Below the pieces are notes generated by a model that had not been told where the DNA came from, did not search any database, and saw only the letters and a program-made list of their open reading frames with translations. A stretch of 64,000 nt of DNA from the sequence record NC_041869.1; one strand, given 5' to 3'. The stretch is from Escherichia phage APECc02. The translations under genes and the position numbers were made by a program. Below, in pieces: positions 1 to 9,352 of this stretch; position 1 is the first letter of the stretch; each line of letters begins with the position of its first letter.

Positions 1-404
1 TCAGTTTTCTTTATAAACTCCTGCATGTAGGACTCAATAGCCTCATGCTTGGTGCACTCTGGATTAATGACAAGATTGAGATCTGATTCTGCTCGTGCAA
101 TGATCGTAGCTTTAGAGCATCTCCTCAAGAACTTTGTCATATCATCTCTGTAGTTTTTGTGGAGCGGGAAGTCGCTGTAGTCTTTCTCCAAATAGTCAGC
201 CATCCGGCGCAACGCCTCTGATAAACTGCAATCTGTATACTCGTTACAGTATTTCATCCAGTATTTAAGCACATACCCCTCAAAGGTATTAGTGCATTGT
301 GACAAAACACCCCTGCAACGACCAGTCAGATGGTCATGATCCAAACAAGGCTTACGAAGTGGCTCGCACAAGATCGGATCAAGACCATCCTGCTCCTCTG
401 ACAA
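1..404 (-). CDS. HNH / endonuclease VII-like nuclease, partial (C-terminus beyond window start; start codon unresolved)
   Basis: Minus-strand frame is open from 552 to the window edge and is not in the ORF track (no in-frame ATG upstream of the motif). My translation contains CEPLRKPCLDHDHLTGRCRGVLSQCTN, matching the DHDHxTGxxRGxLCxxCN signature of the intron ORF at 15837-16427. Possible TTG start at 402-404 or 528-530. Confidence 0.4.
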   Translation of the reverse strand, partial: MSEEQDGLDPILCEPLRKPCLDHDHLTGRCRGVLSQCTNTFEGYVLKYWMKYCNEYTDCSLSEALRRMADYLEKDYSDFPLHKNYRDDMTKFLRRCSKATIIARAESDLNLVINPECTKHEAIESYMQEFIKKT

Positions 405-481
405 TTCTTTTCGAAAGTTGGCTATGTCCTTAGAATCTTTTAACCACCCGTTATGAACGGGGGCTTTGACAGCTTTCTTTC

Positions 482-1111
482 TTATTTTACGCTTTGCGAT
501 AATCCCTCCAGATGCGCCCTGCCTATCCAATAAGCATCTGCGAGATCGGCCTTACCTTGTACCAAATTGATCCCATCTAGGAACCCAGGTTCAGATACTT
601 CGCAGGCCTTAACCATCAACTTTTTATCCATCGTAACAGGTTTCTTCACAGTATGCTCTTTACCTGTCTTTTTGTCAAGCTTTTTCTTCTCCTCGAAAGC
701 AAGTTCCTCAGGAAGATGACTACGAGCAAACTTTTTGGCAGTTGTTGGTGTCACTGTGTGGACCTTAAACAGGCCGTCATTTTCACAATCGGCTAAGGCA
801 TCCCAAAGCATAACTTCAAGACCGTAAAACAACCCAGCCAGTTCACGTGTGGCATCCCCGCGTGATCCAAAGGAAAGCCCTTCCATAACTACGGTGTCAA
901 CGCCGTGCGTGTGGATATAATATCTGACCTGTTTGCAGATCCAGTCAATACGCTCAGCAGCTGTTGCAAAAGAAACCGTCCCTGGTTTCTTCTCTTTTGC
1001 AGATGAGCTTTGAGTTCGTAACACAACCTTATGAACAGGCTTTCCATCGTCCCATACAACGCAAGCTGTGTGCGTCAACGACTGGTCTATGGATAATAGA
1101 CGCTCTCTCAT
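482..1111 (-). CDS. putative RuvC-like Holliday junction resolvase
   Basis: 209 aa; N-terminal LLSIDQS...ACVVWDDG and later TVVMEGL resemble the RuvC/RNase H-like catalytic acidic motifs; basic C-terminus. Motif-level only. Confidence 0.4.
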   Translation of the reverse strand: MRERLLSIDQSLTHTACVVWDDGKPVHKVVLRTQSSSAKEKKPGTVSFATAAERIDWICKQVRYYIHTHGVDTVVMEGLSFGSRGDATRELAGLFYGLEVMLWDALADCENDGLFKVHTVTPTTAKKFARSHLPEELAFEEKKKLDKKTGKEHTVKKPVTMDKKLMVKACEVSEPGFLDGINLVQGKADLADAYWIGRAHLEGLSQSVK

Positions 1112-1443
1112 GCTTCTTCGTCCTCCTCTCCTTCATCAGGAGCGTAAGCCTTATCTTTGAACAAGACGAGAGAGCAAAGCTTAACATCTGTTTCCACACT
1201 GGTGAACATGCATAACCGCTCGCCCTCAATCAGCTCACAATCCTCTTTTAAAACAGCAGACCATACACGGTCATCTGCGTAATCATCCGTGTACAGGATG
1301 TATGAAATGGTGTCATCTTCATACAACCGCCACATACCTGTGGCAACAACGAATGTATTTTTTGTTTTAAGTGTCCCTGTTGTGTGATCATCCTCAAAAA
1401 CAGCTTCCATAATTGCGTTATCTACAGAATTTTTAGTCATCAA
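1108..1443 (-). CDS. hypothetical protein
   Basis: 111-aa ORF, stop overlaps the downstream gene start (operon-like packing); no recognisable motif. Confidence 0.45.
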   Translation of the reverse strand: MMTKNSVDNAIMEAVFEDDHTTGTLKTKNTFVVATGMWRLYEDDTISYILYTDDYADDRVWSAVLKEDCELIEGERLCMFTSVETDVKLCSLVLFKDKAYAPDEGEEDEEA

Positions 1444-2579
1444 ATTGCTCCAACATTTCTAAGAACGTTAACAAGTTTTGTTTGATCATTGAATGTTCGC
1501 TTCATATACAAACAGTCAAAAATTATACTCATCCATTGACCTACGGAAATTCTACGATCAATACCATTGAAGTCAGTATACTTAACAACACCTTTCGGGA
1601 ACCACTTCTTGTACTGATCAATAATAGCCATCCACATCTCCTTTGGAGTGCTGCACTGAGACAGTAGGTAGAATGCTGAGGCATCTCCGAACTTACCCTT
1701 ACCGATAAGTCCCTGATACGGCTTGATGTTGTCAGCAGAGTCACCACACAGCATTTGGTATCCGAAGAACAGCATTCCGTAACCACCAACCTCTCCATTA
1801 GGCTTCATGAAGATGTTCCCCATACCGTTATCGATCAGCATAGGGGTTTCCCTTACAAAATCTCCCTTATCGTTTCGCATGGGATCGAACACAAGCCCCG
1901 GTAGTGTTCTTTGGTCCTTATCAATAGAGATAATAAACTTGTTGAACTTACCTGTTTTTTGGTAGTGGTTCCAACCTTCAAATTGCTGGATAGCTAACCA
2001 GTCATCAGCCTCGATACCGTTGATCACTTGAGCATTATACTGCTTTTGGAGATACTGTCTTGCATCTCCAAGCAGCAGTGGTCGAAGAGTATTGTTACGG
2101 TTGGCTTTGTATCTTTCCGGCATTGGAAGATCTAGTCTGAAGTTACCTGTGCCTCCCAACACCCCGACACATCGCTCTTCCGGAATACCAAGATAGTTAA
2201 GAACTGCATTTGCCTTACATTTTATTGTGTGCAAGCAGTTCTCTACAGGGTCAGGTGTTTGGATATCCAAGACATCAAAATCTTCACGTGTCCACGGAAT
2301 AAACTCCTTACCAGACTTTTTACATGCGGCTTCACGGTTGGTATTCTCAGCTTTTAGCCAACCACCAACGGTGTTCTTCTGACGCCCCCAGAACTCTGTT
2401 CGTGTTTTAAACATCTTCTTACGTCCGGAGGCTTTGTGTGTTACCTCAATTGTCCTTTTTTCACAACTTGCTGCAGCTTGATATGCAACCTGATCGAAGT
2501 CATAATAAACTATAGCGTCAGGTTCAAGAAGATCAGCCAGACAATCTATGGACTCAATAAGTGGATATTCTCTACTCAA
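1440..2579 (-). CDS. 5'-3' exonuclease / flap endonuclease (FEN-like)
   Basis: 379 aa; YKANR and INGIEADDWLAI motifs match the conserved YKAxR and G-[YF]-EADD motifs of PolI-type 5' nucleases. Confidence 0.7.
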   Translation of the reverse strand: MSREYPLIESIDCLADLLEPDAIVYYDFDQVAYQAAASCEKRTIEVTHKASGRKKMFKTRTEFWGRQKNTVGGWLKAENTNREAACKKSGKEFIPWTREDFDVLDIQTPDPVENCLHTIKCKANAVLNYLGIPEERCVGVLGGTGNFRLDLPMPERYKANRNNTLRPLLLGDARQYLQKQYNAQVINGIEADDWLAIQQFEGWNHYQKTGKFNKFIISIDKDQRTLPGLVFDPMRNDKGDFVRETPMLIDNGMGNIFMKPNGEVGGYGMLFFGYQMLCGDSADNIKPYQGLIGKGKFGDASAFYLLSQCSTPKEMWMAIIDQYKKWFPKGVVKYTDFNGIDRRISVGQWMSIIFDCLYMKRTFNDQTKLVNVLRNVGAI

Positions 2580-2880
2580 AGACCCTCCTGTTAGTTATTC
2601 TGCAAGATGGTTGGATGCTGTAATGGAATGCATCATCACTCTCTGCAATAAGTGACTCAACATCCCAATACTTTTCAAAAAGGAACGGATTAGACCCCCA
2701 GTGGTGGGTTATTTTCATCAAGGAGTCTGGTATCATATAACCACAGATCTTAATTACATCGCCAGGTTGAATTGTGTTTTCATGAAGGTTGCTTGCCTTC
2801 TTCAGAATCATACCTTTATGATTCTCGTTTGCATACAACTGGACAATATCTTTATCTTCAACAATAAAAATTTTAAGCAT
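2572..2880 (-). CDS. hypothetical protein
   Basis: 102-aa ORF in the co-directional early block. Confidence 0.45.
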   Translation of the reverse strand: MLKIFIVEDKDIVQLYANENHKGMILKKASNLHENTIQPGDVIKICGYMIPDSLMKITHHWGSNPFLFEKYWDVESLIAESDDAFHYSIQPSCRITNRRVFE

Positions 2881-2939
2881 ACCTAGTTCTCCTAGTTTAT
2901 AGATATCTGACCGATAATATCAGATTAATAACACTTTTG

Positions 2940-3233
2940 TCAAGACTTTTTAGTCTTTCTTGGAGAGCTTTTTGTTGATCTTTTCCTTTTGTGGTAGATT
3001 CCAAGTGCAGCGTTTTCTTGGGCGCACGTTTTAACAGTTCTCAGACAAGAGCTTTCAGCTTTAGGCAGGTTTAACTCCCACCAACCAAGCCAGTAAAGTT
3101 CTGATTCAGACAACTGCTCAGATTCAGCCTTCCGATACAAGGCTTGCATACCTCTGATGATATCGTCCAGAGGTGTATCGAATACAAAAGCTGTCTTATC
3201 GAATTTCTCTTTTACAGATCTCTTAGCCATCAA
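2940..3233 (-). CDS. hypothetical protein
   Basis: 97-aa ORF with a basic Lys/Arg-rich C-terminus. Confidence 0.45.
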   Translation of the reverse strand: MMAKRSVKEKFDKTAFVFDTPLDDIIRGMQALYRKAESEQLSESELYWLGWWELNLPKAESSCLRTVKTCAQENAALGIYHKRKRSTKSSPRKTKKS

Positions 3234-3687
3234 GGTAACCCTCTATCCACGAAAAGTCAGTCTTCCATTCTGGAACTTTACTAAGCTCGCGCCACTCTGC
3301 AAAGCAGTCTCGGTAATACGCCTCTGCCATACCTCTGGTGATCTTATTCACCTTAGCCAACTGATTAACTGCCTGAGCATACTTTCCACGGATATTTGCT
3401 AATCCAGGATGTACCGATGTGTGACAATCTGGGCACAACGCTATCAGTCCGACAAGCCGGATCACTCCCTCTTCGAAAGTGTAAAGTTCATGACACTCCA
3501 CTGGATGTTTGCTGCCTTTACCGCCGCACACCTCGCAAGTGTAGTTTGCCTCTCTGTAGCACTTCTTACGGATCTTATCCCACTCACTCTTCTTCACAGC
3601 GTTTCGGAGGTTATTATACCAAGCTGTTTCTGGGATCAGTTGCACAATAAGCCTGCGTTCAGACCTCATTAAACGTCCGTCTTCCAC
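3223..3687 (-). CDS. Cys/His-rich zinc-binding protein (possible HNH-like)
   Basis: 154 aa; CEVCGG...ECHE...CPDCHTSVH arrangement (CxxC ... H ... CxxCH). Confidence 0.4.
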   Translation of the reverse strand: MEDGRLMRSERRLIVQLIPETAWYNNLRNAVKKSEWDKIRKKCYREANYTCEVCGGKGSKHPVECHELYTFEEGVIRLVGLIALCPDCHTSVHPGLANIRGKYAQAVNQLAKVNKITRGMAEAYYRDCFAEWRELSKVPEWKTDFSWIEGYLDG

Positions 3688-3696
3688 GTATCCCCC

Positions 3697-3918
3697 TTAT
3701 TCAAAGAAATGGGTGCGAGGGCAGGAACCTGCCTCGCCTTGTTTCACAAGCTCGTAGAGCTCACCTTGGCTTGTCTCATAAAGGCAAATACGTTTACCAT
3801 TGTCCCGATACACATCGACAAGATACGCTGTTTCACCTGCAAACACGACACCACAGGCCAGACATGCTGCCATGAACAAAATTGCCAACAGAAAATCTTT
3901 CATGGTTAAACACTCCAT
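3697..3918 (-). CDS. small membrane or secreted protein
   Basis: 73 aa; hydrophobic N-terminal segment (FLLAILFMAACLACGVVFAG), Cys-containing C-terminal part; immediately downstream of the endolysin on the same strand (holin-like position, unproven). Confidence 0.4.
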   Translation of the reverse strand: MECLTMKDFLLAILFMAACLACGVVFAGETAYLVDVYRDNGKRICLYETSQGELYELVKQGEAGSCPRTHFFE

Positions 3919-3966
3919 AACATTTTATGAGGTAACAATACCACGTCCGTGTGGTTATGTCAATGA

Positions 3967-4437
3967 TCAATCCAGGACAATGCCGCCTGCCTTTTTAAAC
4001 ACCTCGATCAACTTCTCGATCTTCTGTTCATGCTGACCATATCCCGCGCCGGGTAACGAAGCCCAGCGGGAACGGCATTTGCGGATAGCTTCGTGGATAC
4101 GCCCTTCGTCAATGTCGGCGAGAGCCTTGCACTCACGGATCAGTTGCAACGCAATCTTGTCCTGACTGGCAGGGCCAAAATCTGGTAATCCTAACTGTTT
4201 CATGTAGTGTTTAGCAAACTTCTCCAAAACCTGGTAACGACCAGCAGCGGAGGAGGTAAGTTTAGCATTTAGCTTAACGTAAACACCTGGATGCTTGCTG
4301 TAATCGCTGAACAGCTTGCCGCCGACTATGACATCGTACCCCCGATCCTTGGTAGGTTGTCTACCATTATCTGTTCCTTCCGAATATGCGATCATATCCA
4401 AGAAAGCTTTTCGTTGAACATTTTTATCAAGTTTCAT
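3967..4437 (-). CDS. endolysin, lambda R-like lytic transglycosylase
   Basis: 156 aa; QRKAFLDMIAYSEGTDNGRQ...GYDVIVGG...AGRYQ...WASLPGAGYGQ closely parallels phage lambda R along its whole length. Confidence 0.85.
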   Translation of the reverse strand: MKLDKNVQRKAFLDMIAYSEGTDNGRQPTKDRGYDVIVGGKLFSDYSKHPGVYVKLNAKLTSSAAGRYQVLEKFAKHYMKQLGLPDFGPASQDKIALQLIRECKALADIDEGRIHEAIRKCRSRWASLPGAGYGQHEQKIEKLIEVFKKAGGIVLD

Positions 4438-4561
4438 TTTTCATACTCTCCAGTTTGCTCATAACTAACCCGATCAACAACACTGCATAGTGTGGTTATG
4501 TAGGTGCCAATTGAAAAACCATCATTCAATTGGCTACCGTTACCTACTAAACCATCCTACA

Positions 4562-5845
4562 TCATTCCAGAACCTCCCAAGTATCTGGGTTAACATTTCG
4601 GACGCAGATACCGACAGGGAATTGGTAGTTGTTGTCTTCTGTCCTTGCTTGATATTTGAAGGTGACAAACTTGCCGATCATTTCCTGCATCCTGTCATAG
4701 CTACGCTCCTCGTGCGTGCCTTTCATCTTCATTTTAACAACAACACCTTCCTTGTCAACACAGATAAGAACACCTTCATCATTCTTATCTTTCTCAACGT
4801 CAATAACTTTCACCTCTGCGTCGTTGAACTTTTTCCATTTCAATGCTTCAGATGTTCGCTGACCATACTCATATTTACCACAGAAGTTACGCATAATGGT
4901 ACCTTCATATCCTTCAGACATAAATATACCAACAGACTCTTCGCACCGATCAACCGTATATGCAAGCTCTGCATCAACAACCTTAATATGATCAAGCATC
5001 AAAGAAGTAATAGCACCGTTTGCCTCCATAAGATCCTTACAGCGACCAGACTCTGTTTCAGGATCCCACCACACCTTATCGCTAGGAATATCGAAAATAT
5101 GATACTCTAAGTCGTAGCTGCAGTACCCTCCGTAACGCAAATCATCACGAACAGGCTCAACATCAACAGGAATGTCCACCTTGTTGAAGTTTTTGTATGT
5201 TGCTAAACCTGCTTTAATCGCAGCCTGACGGCGTTTTTTATCTGCCTTGTAGTCTTTATCGATCTCGGCCTGAATTTCTTCCTGTGTGCGCCACCGTTTA
5301 GCAAGAGACACTATTTTCTGCAGAGGCAGACCATGAATATAGAGCTCTCCGTCGAGCTGTTTAATCCCGGTGGTTAGGTGGAAAGAGCGAAGTTGCTCCA
5401 GAAGCTTTCCTTGAATAGGGTAGGACTTATTACCACGGGAAATAAATTTAGGCTCACCATTCTGGAAAACAACAAGTAGACGAAGGCCATCTAACTTACG
5501 CAAGATCCAGCAAGGTAATTTAAGTGCCTTGCCACGCTTCAGGTAGTCATGCACCAACATGGGTAAAAGATCAACACCTTGCTCACAATCTTCCATACTC
5601 TCCACGTACCCGAGTCGGACCTGTTTTTCCCACTTACTGATCGCTTCCAGCTCGGCCTGTTGCTCAGCTGTAGTTTCATTGGCGCGACCCACGTTCTTAG
5701 GTGTGCAGATCGTCTCTTTGTATTGCAGTTTACCATCAAGCTTGCCAAACTCTACGATAACCTTATCACCATCCGTGAATACTTTCCACTGTTGGTAGCT
5801 GCCATCTTTGTTCAGTGCGTACAGTGTTGTTTTGATTTGATGCAT
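4562..5845 (-). CDS. ATP-dependent DNA ligase
   Basis: 427 aa; nucleotidyltransferase motif I KLDGLR (adenylated Lys), motif IV EGTIMR, motif V LKWKK. Confidence 0.85.
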   Translation of the reverse strand: MHQIKTTLYALNKDGSYQQWKVFTDGDKVIVEFGKLDGKLQYKETICTPKNVGRANETTAEQQAELEAISKWEKQVRLGYVESMEDCEQGVDLLPMLVHDYLKRGKALKLPCWILRKLDGLRLLVVFQNGEPKFISRGNKSYPIQGKLLEQLRSFHLTTGIKQLDGELYIHGLPLQKIVSLAKRWRTQEEIQAEIDKDYKADKKRRQAAIKAGLATYKNFNKVDIPVDVEPVRDDLRYGGYCSYDLEYHIFDIPSDKVWWDPETESGRCKDLMEANGAITSLMLDHIKVVDAELAYTVDRCEESVGIFMSEGYEGTIMRNFCGKYEYGQRTSEALKWKKFNDAEVKVIDVEKDKNDEGVLICVDKEGVVVKMKMKGTHEERSYDRMQEMIGKFVTFKYQARTEDNNYQFPVGICVRNVNPDTWEVLE

Positions 5846-6114
5846 TACTCGGCCTCTTCCTTAAAAATTTTAAACATCTCTTCTTTACTCATTACCAACC
5901 AGTCCCCCATAAAATCAACAAGCCAATCACCCTGGTACAAGACTAGGTTACCAAACGGCTCTACAAGCTCACACATGCGACGAAGATCTCTGGTCCGAAC
6001 AGGTGACGATGTAAACACACCTGTATCAATCCACCGTTGCAGATCAGATACTGATGAAGAGCTTCCGTCAAACTGGTGTGCTTCTACAGGTTTAGCAAGA
6101 TTAAATAACGGCAT
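5845..6114 (-). CDS. hypothetical protein
   Basis: 89-aa ORF, abuts the ligase gene. Confidence 0.45.
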   Translation of the reverse strand: MPLFNLAKPVEAHQFDGSSSSVSDLQRWIDTGVFTSSPVRTRDLRRMCELVEPFGNLVLYQGDWLVDFMGDWLVMSKEEMFKIFKEEAE

Positions 6115-6439
6115 TGCAGTCCTCCTTATCTAATAGATCTTTTATTGGGTAAACAAGCAGGTGTGGATCGTAATAATTTATAGTTTTATTCTGCCACACT
6201 ATGAACTTAATTACAACTAAATTTACCACATCTTTATCTCCATGTAGTCCAACACACAGATTTGTCCATATTTTGTGGTTGAATACTTTGCTGTCGATGT
6301 AGATCTTAGTGTCAAACTTATCCTCTATCCTGCCTATAAGTTTAACCAACTCTTTCATCTGATCCCCAAACACAGCATCGTTTTCAAGATCTCTAGAGTG
6401 CTTGTACATAACTATCTGCCTCACTTGCATACTTTCCAC
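6101..6439 (-). CDS. hypothetical protein
   Basis: 112-aa ORF, overlaps its neighbour by 14 nt. Confidence 0.45.
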   Translation of the reverse strand: MESMQVRQIVMYKHSRDLENDAVFGDQMKELVKLIGRIEDKFDTKIYIDSKVFNHKIWTNLCVGLHGDKDVVNLVVIKFIVWQNKTINYYDPHLLVYPIKDLLDKEDCNAVI

Positions 6440-6472
6440 AACAAGTAAAGCCGGGTAATCCCGGCCATGTTG

Positions 6473-7186
6473 TTAAATATACTCTGCTACATCCTTGAAG
6501 CTCGAAGGCTTCATGATCTTACCTTTACTGTCAAGGAATATGATAACTTTATTACCGTTGTAGAATTCTTCCTTAGCAACAAAACCTTCATATCGACCAT
6601 CAAAGCGTCGCTCAAGATCTTTAATCTCCAACTCTATGAGTTGTTCAGCAGGCATATCTGCACTGGCACCGTGTGAATACCGTAGATGGTTGACCCGTGC
6701 AAACTTGCTGTCATTCGATTTGAGAACCTTACGCATCATCCCGCACACATCGCCGCGAAGCTGGAACAGCAAAGCTGTTGACAACTCCGCTAAACGGTAA
6801 GCTGACGCTCTTTGCTTGGATGTGTTTTTCGCAGCGATCAGTGTGTCATAGAACTCACCGATCTTGAACTTAAGACCTTGTGGATTATCAAACAGGTTTG
6901 ACCACTTTTCGTGATTGTCATTAACAAGATAAGCTGCATAACTTGTGACAACGTGAAGATCGCAGGCCTCCTTTAGCAGGTGATCTCCACCATCACCTTT
7001 CTCCAGCTCTTCCAAAACTTCATTGAACTCTTCCTCAATGAAGCTAAGCTGTAATTCGAATGGTGTGTATGATTTTTTCACTTTAGCTGCCACACGGTTC
7101 CAGTTTTCCACCCAGTTGGCAGACCAAAGGTAGTTTTCAGGTTGGGATAGTTTTTCCAGGTTGTCAATTAATTTAGTATTCAGCAT
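6473..7186 (-). CDS. hypothetical protein, possible MazG-like all-alpha NTP pyrophosphohydrolase
   Basis: 237 aa; EEEFNEVLEELEKGDGGDHLLKEACDLH resembles the EExxE...E..D metal-binding helix pattern of MazG/HisE-type enzymes. Weak. Confidence 0.4.
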   Translation of the reverse strand: MLNTKLIDNLEKLSQPENYLWSANWVENWNRVAAKVKKSYTPFELQLSFIEEEFNEVLEELEKGDGGDHLLKEACDLHVVTSYAAYLVNDNHEKWSNLFDNPQGLKFKIGEFYDTLIAAKNTSKQRASAYRLAELSTALLFQLRGDVCGMMRKVLKSNDSKFARVNHLRYSHGASADMPAEQLIELEIKDLERRFDGRYEGFVAKEEFYNGNKVIIFLDSKGKIMKPSSFKDVAEYI

Positions 7187-7199
7187 TAAAGGTCTCCTT

Positions 7200-7961
7200 T
7201 TAAAGTTCCATAAAGTTTTCTACAGTCTCAATGAATGTTTTATCAGAGAAGGCATCAACCGCACCGTTAAACCAAACTGGGATGCCGCGATCCTCATACT
7301 GGTAAATATCACTACGTGAAATGCCATTCTCCTCTAGATGCTGTGAGTCGTATTTATTAACGATCAGTAGTTTGGTTCCCTTATTGCAGGCAGGGAATAG
7401 CTCCCAGTTAAAATTGATAACTGTGTTGGAGCACCCTACAAGGATAACCATATCATTGCTCGTAAGAGAAGTCAACAGGTCATACATGTCTGTATACTTC
7501 GGAGCTACTTCTCCGAAGAACACCACATTAGGCTTAACCCAGGTATACTTTCCTGCGTCTACCTCAGAGTATCCAATGTCCTTAATGACGTCACTTCCTT
7601 CATCGTCCTCATAGACTATTTCTGGCAAATACCCGTGGACATGTAAAATATCTTCATGTTTTACACCAGCACGCTCCAGCAAATCATCTACATTGGTGGT
7701 AAGGTTGATCACACGACCAGACCAGCGGGAATACCACTCAGCGATCCGAAGATGTGCAAGGTTAGGCTCAACACTGCCTAAAGCTACACGACGTGCATTG
7801 TAAAAGTCATGCACCTTATAGTAGTTCTTGGCAAAGGTGTGGATGTTGCACACCTCATCGATGCTGAAATTCTCCCACATTGCAGTGCTACCAGATCGGA
7901 AAGTGGGAATACCAGATTCAGCGCTCAAACCAGCACCGGAGATAATAATCAGTCGTCGCAT
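7200..7961 (-). CDS. Sir2-family (sirtuin-like) NAD-dependent deacetylase / ADP-ribosyltransferase
   Basis: 253 aa; the three sirtuin hallmark motifs are present: ISGAGLSAESGIPTFRS (GAGxSxxSGIPxFR), TTNVDDL (TQNID-like) and HVHGY (catalytic His-Gly). Confidence 0.8.
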   Translation of the reverse strand: MRRLIIISGAGLSAESGIPTFRSGSTAMWENFSIDEVCNIHTFAKNYYKVHDFYNARRVALGSVEPNLAHLRIAEWYSRWSGRVINLTTNVDDLLERAGVKHEDILHVHGYLPEIVYEDDEGSDVIKDIGYSEVDAGKYTWVKPNVVFFGEVAPKYTDMYDLLTSLTSNDMVILVGCSNTVINFNWELFPACNKGTKLLIVNKYDSQHLEENGISRSDIYQYEDRGIPVWFNGAVDAFSDKTFIETVENFMEL

Positions 7962-7969
7962 AAGTGTCC

Positions 7970-8320
7970 TCAGTAGATGTTTTGTTTAATCTCTATTCCA
8001 AACTTTTTAAACGAGTCAGCTGCAAGCATGAATTTACGAGCCGCTGATGGGTTAGAAGTATGCACGAAAATCTTCACGTTGTCAACTACAGGAGGCTTAC
8101 CAAATACAAATTTTTCCTCTAGGATGCAGAAGCAATCGTATCCTTCAAAAATTTCTCCCAAGTCGCTGTCAAAATGCCACTCAGAAACTCGTCTATAAAG
8201 CTTTCTCTTGTCATTGATGAAATCCATAAACTCAGAAGAGTTCTTCAGCCAAAGAGCATCTTGGAGCCCGTAATTTGACGGATCTCTCAAGTCATCCAGC
8301 CACACAATCAACTTCTTCAT
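7970..8320 (-). CDS. hypothetical protein
   Basis: 116-aa ORF packed between the Sir2 gene and the RNA-ligase-like gene. Confidence 0.45.
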   Translation of the reverse strand: MKKLIVWLDDLRDPSNYGLQDALWLKNSSEFMDFINDKRKLYRRVSEWHFDSDLGEIFEGYDCFCILEEKFVFGKPPVVDNVKIFVHTSNPSAARKFMLAADSFKKFGIEIKQNIY

Positions 8321-9252
8321 TGCATATAGTCCTCGTTGTGGAAATAGTAGTCAAGTATCTCGCGGCGTTCCTGCTCAAGGAGACAGTTCCACACATCTTC
8401 TGTGTAATTGCTACGAATGAAGTTTACCATGCCGTAAAACTCTTCGTCAACACGTTTAAAGATATCCTCATCCCAAATCTTCCAAGCTTTACCTCTCATT
8501 ACGGCCTTCCGTGCCAAATAGTACGGAGACTTGATCTTCAGCTGCAGATCATAAGGGTAGTAAGGCTTACGAATCATATACCCTTCACCTCTTGTTTCTG
8601 CAGCTAATTCTTTTGCATAACTGAACGGAATTTCACGCACAGTGTGAGGACGTTTTGCACCAAGGTATTTGGCAATCCCATCTAAAGCTGCCTCTGGTAG
8701 CATTATTCCAGAATCATTATATCTGCAACCTATCAAATATGCGCCATGATCTTCCTGAACAATATGCGGATCTGAAGGGTGACAAATTTCAAACATGAAT
8801 GTCATGTTTTCATTGCCCATAACCTTCTTGATAAGATCTAAATTACCACATTGCTCCTGGATGGTTTCCTTTGCGAGGTTACAATATGGAGAATCAAGAG
8901 ATCCGGTTGTTGAGAACAATAGTTCACCTTTATGAGAGGATACCACACCAAGGAATCCGTTCTTTTTCTCTACCGCCGTCACAAGCTTATTGTCAGGCAG
9001 GTTGGTGGAGTTTTCTCCCAAGTTAAACACTTTTGTGAAGGGCCATGCCACAACATTTCCTTCATTACCGACAACAATGCCTCGGCACTCCAGTAAACGA
9101 GGGGACAAATGCCATAAATTGTTGTAAAATACTTTTCTGGCATATTTATAGATCTTTAACCCAAGATCCGGGTAATATCTACTGGTTACAAGACCTTTGT
9201 CAACTAGGTCGTCTGCATTAAAATACTTCATCATACGTTCCTCATTTGTCAT
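8317..9252 (-). CDS. putative RNA ligase (covalent nucleotidyltransferase)
   Basis: 311 aa; motif I KKNGF (Kx[DN]G), motif IV EGYMIRK, motif V LKIK; a separate DNA ligase already exists at 4562-5845 and a PNK-like kinase lies next door. Confidence 0.6.
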   Translation of the reverse strand: MTNEERMMKYFNADDLVDKGLVTSRYYPDLGLKIYKYARKVFYNNLWHLSPRLLECRGIVVGNEGNVVAWPFTKVFNLGENSTNLPDNKLVTAVEKKNGFLGVVSSHKGELLFSTTGSLDSPYCNLAKETIQEQCGNLDLIKKVMGNENMTFMFEICHPSDPHIVQEDHGAYLIGCRYNDSGIMLPEAALDGIAKYLGAKRPHTVREIPFSYAKELAAETRGEGYMIRKPYYPYDLQLKIKSPYYLARKAVMRGKAWKIWDEDIFKRVDEEFYGMVNFIRSNYTEDVWNCLLEQERREILDYYFHNEDYMQ

Positions 9253-9295
9253 TTTGTCAGTCTATCCTGCCACACAAATAACCTAGTGTCAACAC

Positions 9296-9324
9296 TTGAA
9301 ATTAACAAAACAGTTAGGTATACT
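9296..9324 (+). promoter_or_regulatory. sigma70-like promoter (TTGAAA-N17-TATACT)
   Basis: Hexamers with 17-nt spacing in the divergent intergenic region upstream of the kinase gene. Confidence 0.5.
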
Positions 9325-9352
9325 ATCGTTGAAATTAAAACGGAGTATTACT

